Shown one piece after another: positions 9,466-18,455 of a DNA stretch of 64,000 nt. Position 1 is the first letter of the stretch; the number at the start of each line of letters is the position of its first letter. Under the pieces are notes generated by a model that saw only the letters and a program-made list of their open reading frames with translations, was not told the origin of the DNA and did not search any database. This DNA comes from Gloeobacterales cyanobacterium. GTDB taxonomy: Bacteria; Cyanobacteriota; Cyanobacteriia; Gloeobacterales; PMM-0068. The stretch covers positions 1-64,000 of the forward strand of contig JBBRSB010000009.1 of NCBI GenBank assembly GCA_038245785.1, written 5' to 3'. The position numbers and the translations under genes were made by a program.

Positions 9466-10608
9466 TTAGCTCGCCAGGAAAATAAACGCTAAGGAGGGTA
9501 ATACTCCAGCGAGCAAGGGCGCTATTTTCAGAGTTTTGTTTGAGTAACCTGCGATTAGCAATAGGAGAAAGAAAGCATCGATAAAGACCCGGCTATAGGC
9601 CATGAAGTACCAGAGGATAGCATCGCTACTACAGATAAAGACAGCTGCATAGAGACTAGCAGACAGCAGGATAATCTGATTATTTGAAGGCGTGAAAAGG
9701 GCTAAGGCGACCGTCAACACAAAGACAGCTATCAGCAGGATGAACAAATAGGTCTCAAAGAGGTTTTTCGGATTGAGTCCTGCCTGAATAATCACGGTGA
9801 ATTTATGAAAGATGCCCACAAACGGCAAACCAAAATTAGAATCCACCCCAGATTGCCCACGTTGGGCTAGCTTGCTCGCAACATAAAAATTCCAGCCCAG
9901 CGCCGGAAGGACCGCACCAGCCAAGGAGCGAAGCTGCTTCCAATCTCGATCTTTAAAACTACAAATTACCAGCGCCAGCCACCCTAGGAGCATGGTTTCT
10001 CGCGTAAGGCACGCTCCAGCAATAGCAAAACTGGTGTATAGGGACCGCTGATAGCGATAACAGCAAATCGCCAGCACTAGCAATGTACTGCTGAGTAGAT
10101 CTGCGGTGGAAAACCCCAGGGCCATCCAAACTCCAGGGACACAGAGAACCAGGAAACCATGCCACTTAGGTTCATCTGTCTTCTGCAATCCCCAGCTCAC
10201 CGTCCAAACCAATGCAACAACGCACAAATAATTAATGGTCACCATCACATAGGGAATAATCGCCCGGTTCCCCAACCCCAGTACATAACCCAGCAGAGGA
10301 TAAAAAATTCGTCGGTAGCGATAGAGCGGGCTGTCTAGAGCTGCAATCGTTCCTTCATTCTGGAGAAACGGGTCAAAGGATAAAGTCAAAAACTGCTGCC
10401 CGTCGTAGCCGATTTCCCCTGCATGAATCAAGGCCTTATCTGGATCCAGGTAGGGCGACAACGGTAGCACCGAACCAATGCGGAAAAAGCCGGTAATATT
10501 GCCATCGAACTTGAAGAAATAGAAAAAGAGCAGCACCCCCAAAGCCACTACGCCAGCCACGACCGCATTCGTCAAAGGCGTCAGCTCTAATTTTTTATCC
10601 TGCTTCAT
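9466..10608 (-). CDS. Polytopic cell-surface glycopolymer formation protein (AZOBR_p60025-like, GT-C-like)
   Basis: GYDGQ, RYRRIFYP and TRET motifs with many TM segments. Confidence 0.65.
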   Translation of the reverse strand: MKQDKKLELTPLTNAVVAGVVALGVLLFFYFFKFDGNITGFFRIGSVLPLSPYLDPDKALIHAGEIGYDGQQFLTLSFDPFLQNEGTIAALDSPLYRYRRIFYPLLGYVLGLGNRAIIPYVMVTINYLCVVALVWTVSWGLQKTDEPKWHGFLVLCVPGVWMALGFSTADLLSSTLLVLAICCYRYQRSLYTSFAIAGACLTRETMLLGWLALVICSFKDRDWKQLRSLAGAVLPALGWNFYVASKLAQRGQSGVDSNFGLPFVGIFHKFTVIIQAGLNPKNLFETYLFILLIAVFVLTVALALFTPSNNQIILLSASLYAAVFICSSDAILWYFMAYSRVFIDAFFLLLLIAGYSNKTLKIAPLLAGVLPSLAFIFLAS

Positions 10609-10860
10609 ACAACCTCAACCTTGAAGCTAATTTAACTAGTGCTCACATATTTTGATATCAGCAAAATGAAAGGCCCAATCGTAGCAAGCTGCAGGGTGTG
10701 CACAGGCGTTTCTAGACCAATCTTATTGAAAGTTACTAAGGATTTTCTTACCCCATAGCATCTCCAACCTCCATCTGCTGCAAATTAACTGGGGAATTGA
10801 ACCTCCGCCCATTAATCACCGTCCAAACTCCTGAAAGTGATGATTACGGAGTGTGTTTCG

Positions 10861-11160
10861 ATGAAAAAGTTAGTTTACGCTGCGCTTTGTGCCGCAACCC
10901 TCTTGATGCCTGCGGTCGCTTATGCTGGCCCCATTGTTCATCGTCAAGTCCATCAAGAGCACCGGATTTATCAAGGCGTAAAGAATGGCAGTATAAGTAG
11001 TAAAGAATATCGCAATTTACAACGTCGCGAGCAATCGATTGCAGCTCAGCGCTATCGGGATGTGCATGATGGCGGTGGGTTGACCCGTTATGAACGGCAG
11101 CGACTCAATAATCGTTTGAATAATGTTTCTCAGGCAATCTATCGCGATAAACATGACTAG
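10861..11160 (+). CDS. Small secreted Arg/Gln-rich helical repeat protein
   Basis: Signal peptide MKKLV...AYA; two G.[IL][ST]..E...L repeats; C-terminal KHD. Confidence 0.75.
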   Translation: MKKLVYAALCAATLLMPAVAYAGPIVHRQVHQEHRIYQGVKNGSISSKEYRNLQRREQSIAAQRYRDVHDGGGLTRYERQRLNNRLNNVSQAIYRDKHD

Positions 11161-11277
11161 ATTTTAATCTGTTCCTATTCAGCCTACTTACACTAGGACA
11201 AACTTCTGGATTTAAACTTTGCGGCCCATTGCTTTTTGCAATGGGCTTTATGCTGGTGGCAGATAACAGATGCTGTC

Positions 11278-11991
11278 ATGGAAAACTGGCTCGTAGCACT
11301 AGCGCTCAACACCGTGCTTTTAGGGATTGCCTATTTCGCTCCCGTCAAACTGCTCACTCCCGTGGGATTGCTGCATGCTTGGTTTTTGGGGGTGATGATT
11401 TGGGGTATTTTGGGTGCTCCTGGTTACATAGTGGTGTTCTTCTATCTGATCGCTGGCTCAGCGGTGACTAAATTGGGCTATGCCCGTAAGCAAGCCCTGG
11501 GGATTGCAGAAAAACGAGGCGGAGCAAGAGGACCTGCCAATTTATGGGGTTCGGCCCTTACAGGACTGGTCTGTGCTTTTGGCTATTGGTGGCAACCAAA
11601 TCCTCTCTGGCTCGTGGCCTATGTAGCGAGTTTCAGCACCAAACTGTCGGATACCGTAGCCAGTGAAGTCGGTAAGACCTATGGGAAAAGTACTTATCTG
11701 ATCACCACCCTGAAACCTGTTCCTCCAGGAACCGAAGGGGCAGTCAGCCTAGAAGGAACCCTTGCTGGGATTGTAGCCTCTATTGTGATCTCCGTTCTTG
11801 GCTGGGCTCTGGGCCTCATCGCTCCCGTGGGCATTCTCTGGTGCGTGATCGCTGCCTTTGTCGCCACCACGATTGAATCCCTTTTAGGCACTGTCCAAGA
11901 CCAACTAAAACTGACCAATGAAGTCGTGAATGGCATCAATACGGCAATAGGAGCTTTGACTGCTTGGGGATTGGCATTGCTTTTTGGATGA
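11278..11991 (+). CDS. DUF92/TIGR00297 membrane protein (VTE6-like)
   Basis: KLSDTVASEVGK, PPGTEGAVSLEGT motifs. Confidence 0.88.
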   Translation: MENWLVALALNTVLLGIAYFAPVKLLTPVGLLHAWFLGVMIWGILGAPGYIVVFFYLIAGSAVTKLGYARKQALGIAEKRGGARGPANLWGSALTGLVCAFGYWWQPNPLWLVAYVASFSTKLSDTVASEVGKTYGKSTYLITTLKPVPPGTEGAVSLEGTLAGIVASIVISVLGWALGLIAPVGILWCVIAAFVATTIESLLGTVQDQLKLTNEVVNGINTAIGALTAWGLALLFG

Positions 11992-12029
11992 CCCCCCTTC
12001 ATCCCCCCCACCCTCCGGGAAAGCTACTC

Positions 12030-12890
12030 CTAGTGGCCAAGGGGGGAGAGGCCATCTTTAGCTTCATCTTTCTCTTTTGCGAAGGGGGTCTTAGACAACA
12101 ACAAAGCCCCCAAGAAAATAGATACCTGAACTAAGACAATCGTCGGCCCGGAAGAGGTATTGAAAAGACCAGAAAACAGCATACCCAAGATGGCACTGAA
12201 GCAGCCTAAGAGTGTTCCTAGCGTCAGGAAAGAAGTAAACTTGCGGGTCAAAAGCTTGGCGCTGGCAGGAGGAATTACTAGAAAAGCATTCACAAGTAAG
12301 ATGCCAATTGCTTTGATGGCGACGGCAACAACTAAAGAGAGCAAAATCGTAAAGATATAGCGATATAACCGAACAGGAACACCCTGGACGATAGCCATCT
12401 GCTGATTGAGGGTTAAAAGAATTTGTGCTTTTAGGGTGACTAAGAGAAATAGGGCAGAGACAAGAAGGAGGAGCAGGCACTTATAGATATCCCACTCATT
12501 GACAGCAAGAATATCGCCAAACAAAAAGTTAAACAGGCTGCCTCGATAGCCAGATATAAAGCCAATTAAAATAATCCCTACAGCGATAGAGCCTGAGAGC
12601 ATCGTGCTCAGAATAATCTCTGAATTTAGGTCTGATTTCTCGGTGAAGTATTGCAATCCTAGGCCCAAGAGCAGAATACAAGGGGCAATCAGCCAGTCAG
12701 GATTGACACCCAAAAGTACGCCCATGGCGATGCCGACAATGGCAGCATGACCAACAGTGTGACTGAAAAAAGTCAGTTGACGCAAAATTACAAAACTGCC
12801 CAACAAGGCCCCCAAGATCCCCATCAGGCCCCCGGCAATCATGGCCCGTTGCATAAATCCTTGCTGGAGTAGGTCGAGCAGGTTATTCAT
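12030..12890 (-). CDS. znuB: Zn/Mn ABC transporter permease
   Basis: ABC-3 family motifs (FSHTVGH, LFGDIL, SGPTIV). Confidence 0.85.
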   Translation of the reverse strand: MNNLLDLLQQGFMQRAMIAGGLMGILGALLGSFVILRQLTFFSHTVGHAAIVGIAMGVLLGVNPDWLIAPCILLLGLGLQYFTEKSDLNSEIILSTMLSGSIAVGIILIGFISGYRGSLFNFLFGDILAVNEWDIYKCLLLLLVSALFLLVTLKAQILLTLNQQMAIVQGVPVRLYRYIFTILLSLVVAVAIKAIGILLVNAFLVIPPASAKLLTRKFTSFLTLGTLLGCFSAILGMLFSGLFNTSSGPTIVLVQVSIFLGALLLSKTPFAKEKDEAKDGLSPLGH

Positions 12891-12904
12891 TAGAACTCCC
12901 GCAT

Positions 12905-13056
12905 GAATTCCGGAAGCCCCCGTTCGGCTGACGCTCAGGGAAGCCTAAATCCCTCATAGCGTCAGCTACTACGCACGCCCTCCGGCCTACTTGGAGAGTA
13001 TTCTGGGGGACTTTGATGTCAGAACCCCCTAGAATTGGGGGGCAGGGGGGCAGAAG
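12905..13056. repeat. Composite cyanobacterial small dispersed repeat between znuC and znuB
   Basis: GC-run hairpins CCCCCTAGAATTGGGGGGCAGGGGGG and TTCTGGGGGAC, with a nested GTTCGGCTGACGCTCAGGGAAGCC unit. Confidence 0.55.
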
Positions 13057-13064
13057 TTTATCCA

Positions 13065-13817
13065 TTAATGCTGGTGATGATAACGGGTACGGTTGGGACC
13101 ATAGGCCAAAAGCAGGCTCTCATCAGACAGAGCTTCTTCTGGAGTTCCTTGGCAAACCACGCGCTGATTGATACAGACTACACGGTCACAGGAACGGCTG
13201 ACCATATCCAAGTCGTGGGATACCTGGAGAATCGTCCAACCTTCTTGAATCCGTAATTCTTCCAAGAGTTGATAGAAGGATTCTTCAGCTTGGGGGTCCA
13301 GACCTGCGGGCGCTTCATCAAGGATAAGTAGCTTGCGAGGATACACCAAGCAGTAGGCCAAGAGCACACGTTTGGTTTCTCCCCCAGAAAGATTTCCTAG
13401 GGGCTTGTGCGCTAAATGCACGGCGTTAACCCTGACCAGGGCACGTTCTACAGCCTCTTTGTCCTGTTTCGTTTTGTCTATCTGCCACAAGGAGCGCTTG
13501 GGAATCCCCAAAGCGACGAACTCCGCTACCGTAATCGGGAAGGTGCGGTCAAAGGGTAAATTTTGAGGGACATAGCCGATGGCGTGGCGCAGGTCTCCCA
13601 ACTCTTCTAAGGAATGACAAAACAAGCGAACACTACCGGATTCGATCGGTATAAGACCCAACATTGCCTGCACTAGAGTGCTCTTGCCTGCTCCATTGGG
13701 GCCAACAAGCGCAGTAGAAGAACCCTCAGGCAAATTCAGCGAAACATGAGAGAGCGCAATCTGCGTTCCCTGCCGCACCGTAAGGTCTTCCACTTGAACT
13801 AAAGCACTCAAAGCCAT
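13065..13817 (-). CDS. znuC: Zn/Mn ABC transporter ATP-binding protein
   Basis: GPNGAGKS, LSGGE, LDE, SHD; His-rich C-terminus. Confidence 0.88.
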   Translation of the reverse strand: MALSALVQVEDLTVRQGTQIALSHVSLNLPEGSSTALVGPNGAGKSTLVQAMLGLIPIESGSVRLFCHSLEELGDLRHAIGYVPQNLPFDRTFPITVAEFVALGIPKRSLWQIDKTKQDKEAVERALVRVNAVHLAHKPLGNLSGGETKRVLLAYCLVYPRKLLILDEAPAGLDPQAEESFYQLLEELRIQEGWTILQVSHDLDMVSRSCDRVVCINQRVVCQGTPEEALSDESLLLAYGPNRTRYHHQH

Positions 13818-13906
13818 ATACCCCTGTGAAGCTTCTGTTTCATCCAATCTTCAGCTTGAGCAGTTATCCTAGACGGCTATAGGTTAGGCCACAGACGTAA
13901 AAGCTT

Positions 13907-14974
13907 ATGCATAAAAAGGATAATGATTCTCATTCGAGCATACAAGAAAATGTTATCAGTTGCACATCCGCCTTCCGACATACCCTCCTGGATTGGTACA
14001 CCCATACACAACGCCCCTTGCCCTGGCGCATAAATCAGGACCCTTACCGAGTATGGCTTTCAGAAATCATGCTTCAGCAGACTAGGGTAGACCAAGCGAT
14101 TCCTTATTACGAACGATTTCTTATTCAGTTCCCAACGGTGCAGGCTTTAGCTAAGGCCGATGTGCAGGAAGTGCTCAAAGCCTGGGAAGGTCTGGGTTAT
14201 TACAGCCGTGCCCGTAATCTCTATCAAGCCGCTTGCACCATTCATGCTCAAGGTTGGCCCCAGGATTATCAGGGTTGGCGGTCTTTATCAGGGGTGGGAG
14301 AATATACAGCACGGGCTGTGGGTTCTATTGTCTTGGGTTTACCACTGGGGGCGGTGGATGGCAATGTGCGTCGCGTCTATAGCCGTCTGCTAGGAATTGA
14401 AACCTTTCGTCCGCAGGAATTGCAAGCCCTGGCAGATTCCCTTGTAGCTCCCGTGCAGCCAGGTGCTTTTAATCAAGCCCTGATGGACTTAGGCTCTAGC
14501 CTCTGTACACCCCAAAATCCCCGTTGTCTTTTGTGTCCGGTCCGAGATTTTTGCGAAGGATACGCCCAAGGCCGTGTTGACGAATTACCTGCCAAAGTCC
14601 AAAGACCAGCCGTACCCCATCGCCAATTCCTGGTCATCCTCCATGAAACCTCTGCGGGACTCTATATTCGGAAACGCCCGGAGAAGGGACTTTTGGGAGG
14701 ACTCTGGGAACTGCCGAATCTAGAAATCGATCTGACAGCAGGAAGTGAAATTCTCTCTGGGGTGGAAGTGCAGGGCCTGATACCGAAAATCCTACAAACG
14801 AAAGTAGAGCATCGTTACACCCACTTTCAGTCCACACTCTGGGTATATACAGGTCATCTCGGTTCTGGGCTTCAGTCAGCCTGCACCTTGGCATCTTGGA
14901 AAGAACTAGAGCAATATCCCTTCTCTCGTGCCTTTCAGAAGGTTTTTGAACGGTTGAGCCCCCTGACCACTTAG
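13907..14974 (+). CDS. mutY: A/G-specific adenine glycosylase
   Basis: SEIMLQQT, GLGYYSRARNL, VDGNV, C-x6-C-x2-C-x5-C; start uncertain. Confidence 0.92.
   Translation: MHKKDNDSHSSIQENVISCTSAFRHTLLDWYTHTQRPLPWRINQDPYRVWLSEIMLQQTRVDQAIPYYERFLIQFPTVQALAKADVQEVLKAWEGLGYYSRARNLYQAACTIHAQGWPQDYQGWRSLSGVGEYTARAVGSIVLGLPLGAVDGNVRRVYSRLLGIETFRPQELQALADSLVAPVQPGAFNQALMDLGSSLCTPQNPRCLLCPVRDFCEGYAQGRVDELPAKVQRPAVPHRQFLVILHETSAGLYIRKRPEKGLLGGLWELPNLEIDLTAGSEILSGVEVQGLIPKILQTKVEHRYTHFQSTLWVYTGHLGSGLQSACTLASWKELEQYPFSRAFQKVFERLSPLTT
13918..13932. promoter_or_regulatory. Putative Zur (Fur-family) box
   Basis: TGAGAAT-C-ATTATCC on the minus strand, 2 mismatches to TGATAAT-N-ATTATCA, about 100 bp upstream of znuC. 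Confidence 0.6.
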
Positions 14975-15405
14975 CTTCGAATAGTCCAACCCTTTCCTTC
15001 TAGAGTCAGCAACCGCCCGGTGTCTGTAATTTCTAGCTGCACGTGCAGATAACGCTCTGGAAATTCGGGCAAACGTTCGGGCCATTCCAAAAGCACCACC
15101 CAACCGTTTTCCCAATACTCTTCTAGATGTAGTTCTTCTGCCTGAAGGGGGTCTTCCAAACGGTAAAAATCGCCATGCACCAGAGGAATCCGTCCATCCC
15201 GATACTCATTGAGCAAGGTGAAGGTGGGACTAACCACAAGGGAAGTAATGCCTAACCCCCGTGCAAAGCCCTGAGCAAACGTTGTTTTGCCGGCACCTAA
15301 ATCCCCTTCTAGCAGCAAAACCCAACCAGGCTCTGCCGATTGGGCCAGCTTTTGGGCAAATAGCTGGAGGTCTTCAGGACTGGCAAAGTGTTTTTGTTGC
15401 ACCAT
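14971..15405 (-). CDS. tsaE: tRNA t6A biosynthesis ATPase
   Basis: GDLGAGKTT, SPTFTL, H.D.YRL, EW. Confidence 0.93.
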   Translation of the reverse strand: MVQQKHFASPEDLQLFAQKLAQSAEPGWVLLLEGDLGAGKTTFAQGFARGLGITSLVVSPTFTLLNEYRDGRIPLVHGDFYRLEDPLQAEELHLEEYWENGWVVLLEWPERLPEFPERYLHVQLEITDTGRLLTLEGKGWTIRS

Positions 15406-15449
15406 TCAGACACCGACAGAATCCAATCTATTGTTTCACTTAGCAGAAC

Positions 15450-16604
15450 TTAGACACTTAAAGTAAGAACTTCTTTAACCGTGTCTATCCCCACATCGCC
15501 CTTTTCACCCAGTTTCACAGAACCGCGAGCGGCCATATGGTTCGTCACCACGGGGATCGCCGTTTGGTCTAACTTGTACGCTGATAGGCGGGTAGGAACG
15601 CCAACCGACTCAAAAAAGTCCCGTGTCTGGTTAATAGCGTTGCTAATCCGCTCCTCTTCACTGCCCTCCGCTATGTCCCAAACTCTTTCTGCATACTGCA
15701 AAATCTTTTCGCGCTTGGCCCCTTGCCGGACAGACATCATACTCGGCAGAACCACGGCCAATGATTGAGCGTGATCCAATCCGTATAGGGCCGTCAACTC
15801 ATGACCGATGCCATGGGTTGACCAATCTTGAGGCACACCTGCGCCAATCAGACCGTTCAGGGCCATCGTTGCACACCACATGACATTGGCACGAGCTTCA
15901 TAGTCCGAGGGGTTAGCCAGAGTTTTCGGGCCTTCTTCAATCAGGGTTTTAAGAATGCCTTCAGCCATTCTGTCCTGTAACGGAGCTTTGGCGGGATAGG
16001 TCAAATACTGCTCCATCGTATGCGTGAAGGCATCGACAATGCCATTGCCAATTTGTCGTGCGGGTAGGGAAAACGTGGTAGTTGGGTCCAGCACAGAAAA
16101 ACGAGGATAAACGTCTGGACTTGCGGCCGCAAGCTTTTCCTGGGTGGCTGCTTTTGTAATCACAAAGAACGTATTCATTTCGGACCCTGTGGCCGGTAGG
16201 GTCATCACGGCACCTAAGGGCAGTGCGCTATAGATCGGTGCCTGCTTAGAAAGAATGTCCCAGGGGTCTCCCTCAAACAGTACCGCTGCCGCAATAAATT
16301 TTGTTCCATCCAATACGGAACCACCGCCAACGGCCAGGAGGAAGTCGATTTTCTCTGTCCGTGCTATTTCAACGGCCCGCATCAGGGTTTCTAGCTGAGG
16401 ATTGGGTTCAATTCCACCAAATTCATAGACTGTACGTCCAGCCAGTGCTTGCTGCACCTGCTCATAGACGCCATTGGATTTAATACTGCCGCCACCATAG
16501 GTGACCAGAATTTTGGCATTGGCAGGGATTTCCTTAGCAATCCCTGCAATCTGACCTTTTCCGAATAGAATCTTGACCGGGTTCTGAAATTCAAAGTTAT
16601 TCAT
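15450..16604 (-). CDS. Iron-containing alcohol dehydrogenase (YqhD-like)
   Basis: GGGS, TLPATGSE, H.IGHELT, HAQSL motifs. Confidence 0.9.
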   Translation of the reverse strand: MNNFEFQNPVKILFGKGQIAGIAKEIPANAKILVTYGGGSIKSNGVYEQVQQALAGRTVYEFGGIEPNPQLETLMRAVEIARTEKIDFLLAVGGGSVLDGTKFIAAAVLFEGDPWDILSKQAPIYSALPLGAVMTLPATGSEMNTFFVITKAATQEKLAAASPDVYPRFSVLDPTTTFSLPARQIGNGIVDAFTHTMEQYLTYPAKAPLQDRMAEGILKTLIEEGPKTLANPSDYEARANVMWCATMALNGLIGAGVPQDWSTHGIGHELTALYGLDHAQSLAVVLPSMMSVRQGAKREKILQYAERVWDIAEGSEEERISNAINQTRDFFESVGVPTRLSAYKLDQTAIPVVTNHMAARGSVKLGEKGDVGIDTVKEVLTLSV

Positions 16605-17022
16605 GTACATTCCCTATGTTTGCTAGCGTAATCTGCTGGTGTGATTCTTGAAGTCAGAAAGTTGACTCTTTCCAATGGTAACTAGACGTTATTGCAGGAG
16701 CTGCCACCAATGAAATTTGGCTTGCGTGTAGAAAATCAGAACGGCAAGCACAGCTGCTCCCTAGATCAATAGATCATTAGCCCGTCAATTTCAGGTACTT
16801 TGGCCCTAATTGATTCAGATTACTGGAAAATACTTCAATTCCTTGCTCAAAAAAGATTCTTTGAGCGGGGAACAAAGTGTTTGCGCTTTTGTGGAACGTT
16901 GGGTGCAGCCATACTCTTTGCTTTGTTCGTCTTTGAAGCAATATCCATGCGCTTTGTCACGTACATAGGTCATGTTCGTTTTCCTAGGATGTTTGTAGTC
17001 AACTCCTTAGAGGCTCTATCTC

Positions 17023-17361
17023 ATGTCTATCAAATCAATCGCTGCTTTAGGTCTTGTCCTCACCCTTGGTCTTAGCACCGTAGCGAAGGCTGATGTAGTC
17101 CAAACCACCGTTGGCATTCAGCAATCTAGCCAGAAGCAATACGCTACAGGAGCTGGGGCTGAACAGAATGCTGTGAATGTTCAGGGAATGGATCAGTTGT
17201 CTGGAGTGTCCGGTGCTCGTCGCGGTGAGAATGTTCGCCAAACCACTGCTGGAGTTCAGACCAACGACCAAGTTCAAGAGTCCTATGGCCGTCGTGGTCG
17301 TCAGAATGCGGTCAATGTAAATGACCTCGTTCAAGACTCCTTTGTTAACTACGGAAGATAA
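17023..17361 (+). CDS. Secreted Q/N-rich repeat protein A
   Basis: Signal peptide ending AKA; four Q-x5-[QN]-x3-Q-x-[QS] units. Confidence 0.8.
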   Translation: MSIKSIAALGLVLTLGLSTVAKADVVQTTVGIQQSSQKQYATGAGAEQNAVNVQGMDQLSGVSGARRGENVRQTTAGVQTNDQVQESYGRRGRQNAVNVNDLVQDSFVNYGR

Positions 17362-17369
17362 GGGCCGAT

Positions 17370-17702
17370 ATGAAAAATGCTTTTTGGACGCTGATTATTA
17401 GTAGTTTGATCATGCTGCCAGCATCTGCCGGGACTCTGGAAATCAGTCCAGACATTCAGAATGCTATTTCTATCCAAAATGCTCAGCAAATTCAGCTAGG
17501 TTTTGGGGTAGACCGCCAAGAAGCAACCTTGGTGCAGCAGCAGGACCAGACGCAATTTCGCCGTGAACGCCCTCAAGGGTATCAACGGGAAATTCCCTTG
17601 AATGATGATATCCAGGTTAATCCCTCGATTCAGAATGCAATCAGTGTCCAAAATGGCCAACAGATTCAATTAGCGATCCCTAATTTCTGGCGCTCTTGGT
17701 AA
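17370..17702 (+). CDS. Secreted Q/N-rich repeat protein B
   Basis: Signal peptide ending ASA; three Q-x5-Q-x3-Q-x-Q units; 8 bp downstream of gene A. Confidence 0.8.
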   Translation: MKNAFWTLIISSLIMLPASAGTLEISPDIQNAISIQNAQQIQLGFGVDRQEATLVQQQDQTQFRRERPQGYQREIPLNDDIQVNPSIQNAISVQNGQQIQLAIPNFWRSW

Positions 17703-17723
17703 GGCATACCCTGTTCTTCGCTG

Positions 17724-17758
17724 AGTCCTCTCTTTGTGCACAAAGAGAGGACTTTTTT
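17724..17758 (+). terminator. Intrinsic terminator
   Basis: Perfect 30-bp palindrome AGTCCTCTCTTTGTG-CACAAAGAGAGGACT followed by a T run. Confidence 0.85.
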
Positions 17759-17765
17759 ACAGGGT

Positions 17766-18326
17766 TTATGTTTGATTGGAATATAGTCGGTCCAATCTCC
17801 AATTAACCGGATTCATCTGGATATAGCGACGAATATTGTTGAGGGCTTTGTCATTGCGAATGATGTGCTCATAATAATTGCGTTGCCAAACCGTGGTTCC
17901 GGGCGCATCCCGGATAATATGTATGCGTTTCGTTGAAACGGTTTTAAATGCCCCGATAAGACGCCCCAAGGATTTATGTTTTGGCATTTTTTCGGATGGT
18001 GTAACGGCATTTTCGGTATGCGTAGGGGCGATTTGCAAATCGCCCCTACCGGGTTGGTCGGTCAACACCAAAATCCCATGAAAATGGTTGGGCATAACCA
18101 CCCATGTATCCAAATGAACATATGGATATTGTTCAGATAACCATCGATAATTCGCTGCAACAATCATGCTATAGGGATTTAATTGCATCTCCCCATCCAT
18201 AATTTCGCCAAACAGGCATTCCCTTCGATAGGTGCAGAGGGTAATAAAATAAGCCCCTGCTGTAGAATAATCGTGTCCTTTCAGCCGGATAGAACGGCGA
18301 TAGTGTTTTTCAGGGTTATATTTCAT
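17766..18326 (-). CDS. REP-associated tyrosine transposase (RAYT, Y1 HUH)
   Basis: RRSIRL..DYS..GAYF.T.C, MPNHFHGI, WQRNYYEHIIR...YI..NP. Confidence 0.88.
   Translation of the reverse strand: MKYNPEKHYRRSIRLKGHDYSTAGAYFITLCTYRRECLFGEIMDGEMQLNPYSMIVAANYRWLSEQYPYVHLDTWVVMPNHFHGILVLTDQPGRGDLQIAPTHTENAVTPSEKMPKHKSLGRLIGAFKTVSTKRIHIIRDAPGTTVWQRNYYEHIIRNDKALNNIRRYIQMNPVNWRLDRLYSNQT
18022..18049. repeat. GTAG-type REP palindrome inside the RAYT gene
   Basis: GTAGGGGCGATTTG-CAAATCGCCCCTAC, perfect 28-bp palindrome. Confidence 0.8.
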
Positions 18327-18455
18327 GCAAAGCTCAGGAGTAGCCCGATTAAATTAGAGTGCCCTGGAGTTTCTATAAGTCCTTAGCACCTATAAATTGG
18401 GCGTGGATCGGGTAAGCTAGCCCACAGGTGAGACGGCTTCTGGGAGAATAGTGCG

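Noticed and set aside
12883..13065. 60-aa ORF between znuC and znuB
   Set aside because: It is a translation of repeat DNA
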